Shown in pieces: positions 14,839 to 17,375 of a DNA stretch of 17,375 bases. The position numbers and the translations under genes were made by a program. The stretch comes from a bacterium (GTDB lineage: Bacteria; SZUA-182; DTGQ01; JAFGSM01), in the NCBI GenBank assembly GCA_049472355.1, contig JBLIRP010000079.1:1-17375 (forward strand). Direction: 5' to 3'. Below the pieces are notes generated by a model. That model was given only the letters and a program-made list of their open reading frames with translations, did not search any database and was not told the origin of the DNA. Every line of letters begins with the position of its first letter. The stretch's first letter is position 1.

Positions 14839-15396
14839 ATGGTCGAGGAGAAGAGAGGGAAGTCAGAGGGAAAGGCACGTATACAGGAATCCTCGCCCTT
14901 GCCTGCGTACGTTGTTGCTGAAGACATTCCGGGCAATGGAAGAATCCTTCCTGTTGTCGATTTAAAAGAGCGTCTCAACCTTGGGTGCACCTCCCTCACC
15001 GGCGAGACTCGGATCGTCGTGGTCGATCATCAGCCGAGGGTCCTGGGATTATTGGTCGACCGGGTATCTCAGGTGATGAACATTCGTTCGAACCAGATCG
15101 AGGAGGTGCCCGAGGGAATGGTCTCCGTTCACGAAAACTCCATCAAGGGTGTGGGCAAGGTTGACGACCGCATGGTCATGCTCCTCGACCTCGACAGAAT
15201 CGCGGCATTCAGGTCGGAGGTTTTGCTGAACATGCCCGGCAGCAAAACCATGCTCAGGGGCGTCATCAGTGCTATGGAACTGCATTATGAAGTCATCCTG
15301 CGAGAAAAGGGAGGTGATGCCGCACACAACCACGAACAGATGAGGAGGGAATACCAAATACTGGTACCGCCAATCAACCTTATCAAAGGGGGATAG
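14839..15396 (+). CDS. cheW: CheW-like chemotaxis adaptor, N-terminally truncated or divergent, with C-terminal extension
   Basis: GRILPVVDLKERL, RIVVV, GLLVDRVSQV and IKGVGKVDDRMVMLLDLDRI are present. The usual N-terminal F.L..E.YG..I..V.EI segment is absent. SD AGGAGG. Confidence 0.75.
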   Translation: MVEEKRGKSEGKARIQESSPLPAYVVAEDIPGNGRILPVVDLKERLNLGCTSLTGETRIVVVDHQPRVLGLLVDRVSQVMNIRSNQIEEVPEGMVSVHENSIKGVGKVDDRMVMLLDLDRIAAFRSEVLLNMPGSKTMLRGVISAMELHYEVILREKGGDAAHNHEQMRREYQILVPPINLIKGG

Positions 15397-15398
15397 CA

Positions 15399-15938
15399 AT
15401 GAAACGGATGAAATGGATTGGAGTTGTAATGATCGTCGTTGTCGCCATGGTCTGTGTATGCGCATTCGCAGAATCCGGACATCAGTTTGACAAGGCGACA
15501 TATGTGAAGGTTACCAAGAAGAACATCGGCAGAATCCTCACCGGAAACATCAGTCCGTCTACCATGAAGGCCGACATGGAGAAATTGATCAGTATCGGTC
15601 TCGATGGATGCCGTGAACATTTGGGCGAGCCGGATGCTCCCGCGGTTGAAAAGAAGTTGCTCGAGATCACCATCAAGTCCGTTGACTCCATGAGGGGATT
15701 GAGCCTTGACCAGATCGAGGAGATGTGGCACGAGGGCGGCTATTTGAAGTCCCAGGGGATTGACATAATGAAGCTGGACCACTTCTCCCATGCCATGTGT
15801 CACTATGATTCGGTGCTCCACCCCCTTACCGCGATCCTTTGCCTCAATGAATACGAGAGGACGCAAAAGGAGGAGTACCTTGACCAGATGAAGGCGGAGC
15901 TTGCCGAGGTGGCGGAGCACATGGAACACCTGGATTAG
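15399..15938 (+). CDS. Secreted helical His-rich hypothetical protein
   Basis: Signal peptide ending AFA|E; WHEGG, DHFSHAMCH, LHP and EHMEH; starts 2 nt after the cheW stop; codon usage matches neighbours. Confidence 0.75.
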   Translation: MKRMKWIGVVMIVVVAMVCVCAFAESGHQFDKATYVKVTKKNIGRILTGNISPSTMKADMEKLISIGLDGCREHLGEPDAPAVEKKLLEITIKSVDSMRGLSLDQIEEMWHEGGYLKSQGIDIMKLDHFSHAMCHYDSVLHPLTAILCLNEYERTQKEEYLDQMKAELAEVAEHMEHLD

Positions 15939-16136
15939 TTGTTCCCGTTAAAAATAACCGCAGGTATTCGGCGAAGGACCCGAAAAAAATGGGGCATATA
16001 CAGCGAGATATACTCGCCGGAGGGGCTGATTGGTCAACCTCCGGGCCGTTAAACCGGCGGTTCATGCCCGGATGCCTGCGGGAATTGGTTGTGCATGGGG
16101 TTAACCAGGGTGAATCATAAAGGCTGGAGGAAGGCG

Positions 16137-17375
16137 ATGAGGCTGACAATCGGTAACAAGCTAATGGGGGGGTTTATCATCCTCTCCCTGATTGTGGTGA
16201 TTACCGGTTCGACCGGGCTGATCATGATCAGGAAGGTGGTCAGGAGCGGTGATGTGGTGCTGGAGGAAAAGGTACCGGTGAAGGACATCGCCATGGAGGC
16301 CGTCATTTCCGCGGACCGGGCGCTCGACGCATGCAAGAGTTACCTTCTCGCCGAGGACGGCTTGGAAACAATCGAGGAGCAGATCACCACCCATCTGGCG
16401 GATCTGGATATGTTCATGGCCATGGTGGAATACGGCACGGAAGCGGAGGAGTTCAGAAACAGCCCTGCAGGTGCGCGGTATGTGGCACAGGGGCTTGCCA
16501 TCGATGCTCCTCAAGGATCTGAAGAGATCCTGCTGCTTCTTGAAGAGATCAAGGGGCATACATCGATCTTTGCCGAGAAGTCCAAGGAGTTGATTGATGT
16601 CCACAAGAGCAGGGTCCAGTATAATTTCGACTACCGGGGGGTCCGCTACGAGCTCCCTGCATTTCTCCAGGCAGCGGACCTGGTGCAGCGGAGGACCTAT
16701 CAGGCGCTCAAGGATGCCGTGGAGTACGAGGTGAATTTCTCCGGGGAGACCAATCCTGCAAAGAGTTTCTTTGGGGAATGGTATGCATCGTACCGCATCG
16801 ATGATCAGGAAATACAACCGCTCCTTGAGGATGTCCGTGATAATAATGTCAAGTTCCACCGGGTCATGGCTGATATCATGGCCGCGGATTACGGGCAGAA
16901 GGGGTCCCTGCTCATGCGCGGCATGCGGTATGCGGTAAAGCTTGACCAGGGGTATGAGAAGATCCAAAACTATGCCAATGCACAAATCGTCTCTTTGGAG
17001 AGCCGGGAGGATGCATGTGTCGACGCCATGTTTCAGGCATCCGAGAGCATGATCGCGCTGTTTGAACAGTTGGAGGAGCTTGCCGACAACGGCATGGTGA
17101 AGGCGCAGGTGGAGTCGAAACATGCGCAGCGCGCCTCCATGTGGATTTTGATCCTCTTGATGCCCTGTGCGGTATCCATCGCCCTGCTGCTCGGTTTCTT
17201 CATCACCCGGGGGATCACCATGCCCATCCTCCAGTGCGTAGAGTTCGCCAAGCAGGTGGCACAGGGCGACCTCTCCAGGCAGGTGGAGATTACCTCCAAG
17301 GACGAGACCCGCGACCTGGGCGACGCCCTGAACGGCATGTTCGGGTACCTGAAGGGTATGGCGGAGGTGGCCGAC
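16137..17375 (+). CDS. Methyl-accepting chemotaxis protein (5' part; runs off the window end; not in the ORF track)
   Basis: SD GGAGG, then ATG 16137: MRLTIGNKLMGGFIILSLIVVITGSTGL (TM1), a helical periplasmic domain, TM2 (WILILLMPCAVSIALLLGFFI), and HAMP TRGITMPI..AQGDLS..DETRDLGDALNGM. Open for 413 codons to the window end. Confidence 0.88.
   Translation, partial: MRLTIGNKLMGGFIILSLIVVITGSTGLIMIRKVVRSGDVVLEEKVPVKDIAMEAVISADRALDACKSYLLAEDGLETIEEQITTHLADLDMFMAMVEYGTEAEEFRNSPAGARYVAQGLAIDAPQGSEEILLLLEEIKGHTSIFAEKSKELIDVHKSRVQYNFDYRGVRYELPAFLQAADLVQRRTYQALKDAVEYEVNFSGETNPAKSFFGEWYASYRIDDQEIQPLLEDVRDNNVKFHRVMADIMAADYGQKGSLLMRGMRYAVKLDQGYEKIQNYANAQIVSLESREDACVDAMFQASESMIALFEQLEELADNGMVKAQVESKHAQRASMWILILLMPCAVSIALLLGFFITRGITMPILQCVEFAKQVAQGDLSRQVEITSKDETRDLGDALNGMFGYLKGMAEVAD

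Noticed and set aside
16161..17123. 320-aa minus-strand ORF
   Set aside because: Antisense to the MCP reading frame that starts at 16137 and runs off the window.

Overview
This window comes from a moderately GC-rich, diderm (porin-encoding) anaerobic bacterium and holds three modules. (1) 489-5419 (+): a two-subunit [NiFe]-hydrogenase of the HysAB/group-1a type. It has Cys rather than Sec, and no Tat leader, membrane anchor or cytochrome b. The methylene-THF reductase genes metV-metF sit between the large subunit and the maturation genes (protease, hypA). This suggests a soluble H2-dependent methylene-THF reductase, a coupling not among the MetFV architectures I know of. (2) 5454-13421: a tungstate/molybdate acquisition cluster. 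It contains an excisionase-type HTH + molybdate-binding (PBP) regulator, a degenerate ~59-bp tandem repeat, an OprO/P-type anion porin, and a secreted diheme 'GEGP' protein with a sulfite-oxidase-like region and a G/S/Y/F-rich tail. It ends with mop, tupC, tupB and a divergently transcribed tupA. The porin and tupA promoters share the same core and carry 10-bp-phased GTTATT-type repeats. (3) 13532-17375: a small membrane protein, a Zn-ribbon mini-protein, an N-terminally truncated CheW, a secreted His-rich protein, and a partial chemoreceptor (cut by the window end) whose sensor region holds a CZB-like insert that has lost most Zn ligands. All assignments come from motif recognition by eye; no database searches were run.
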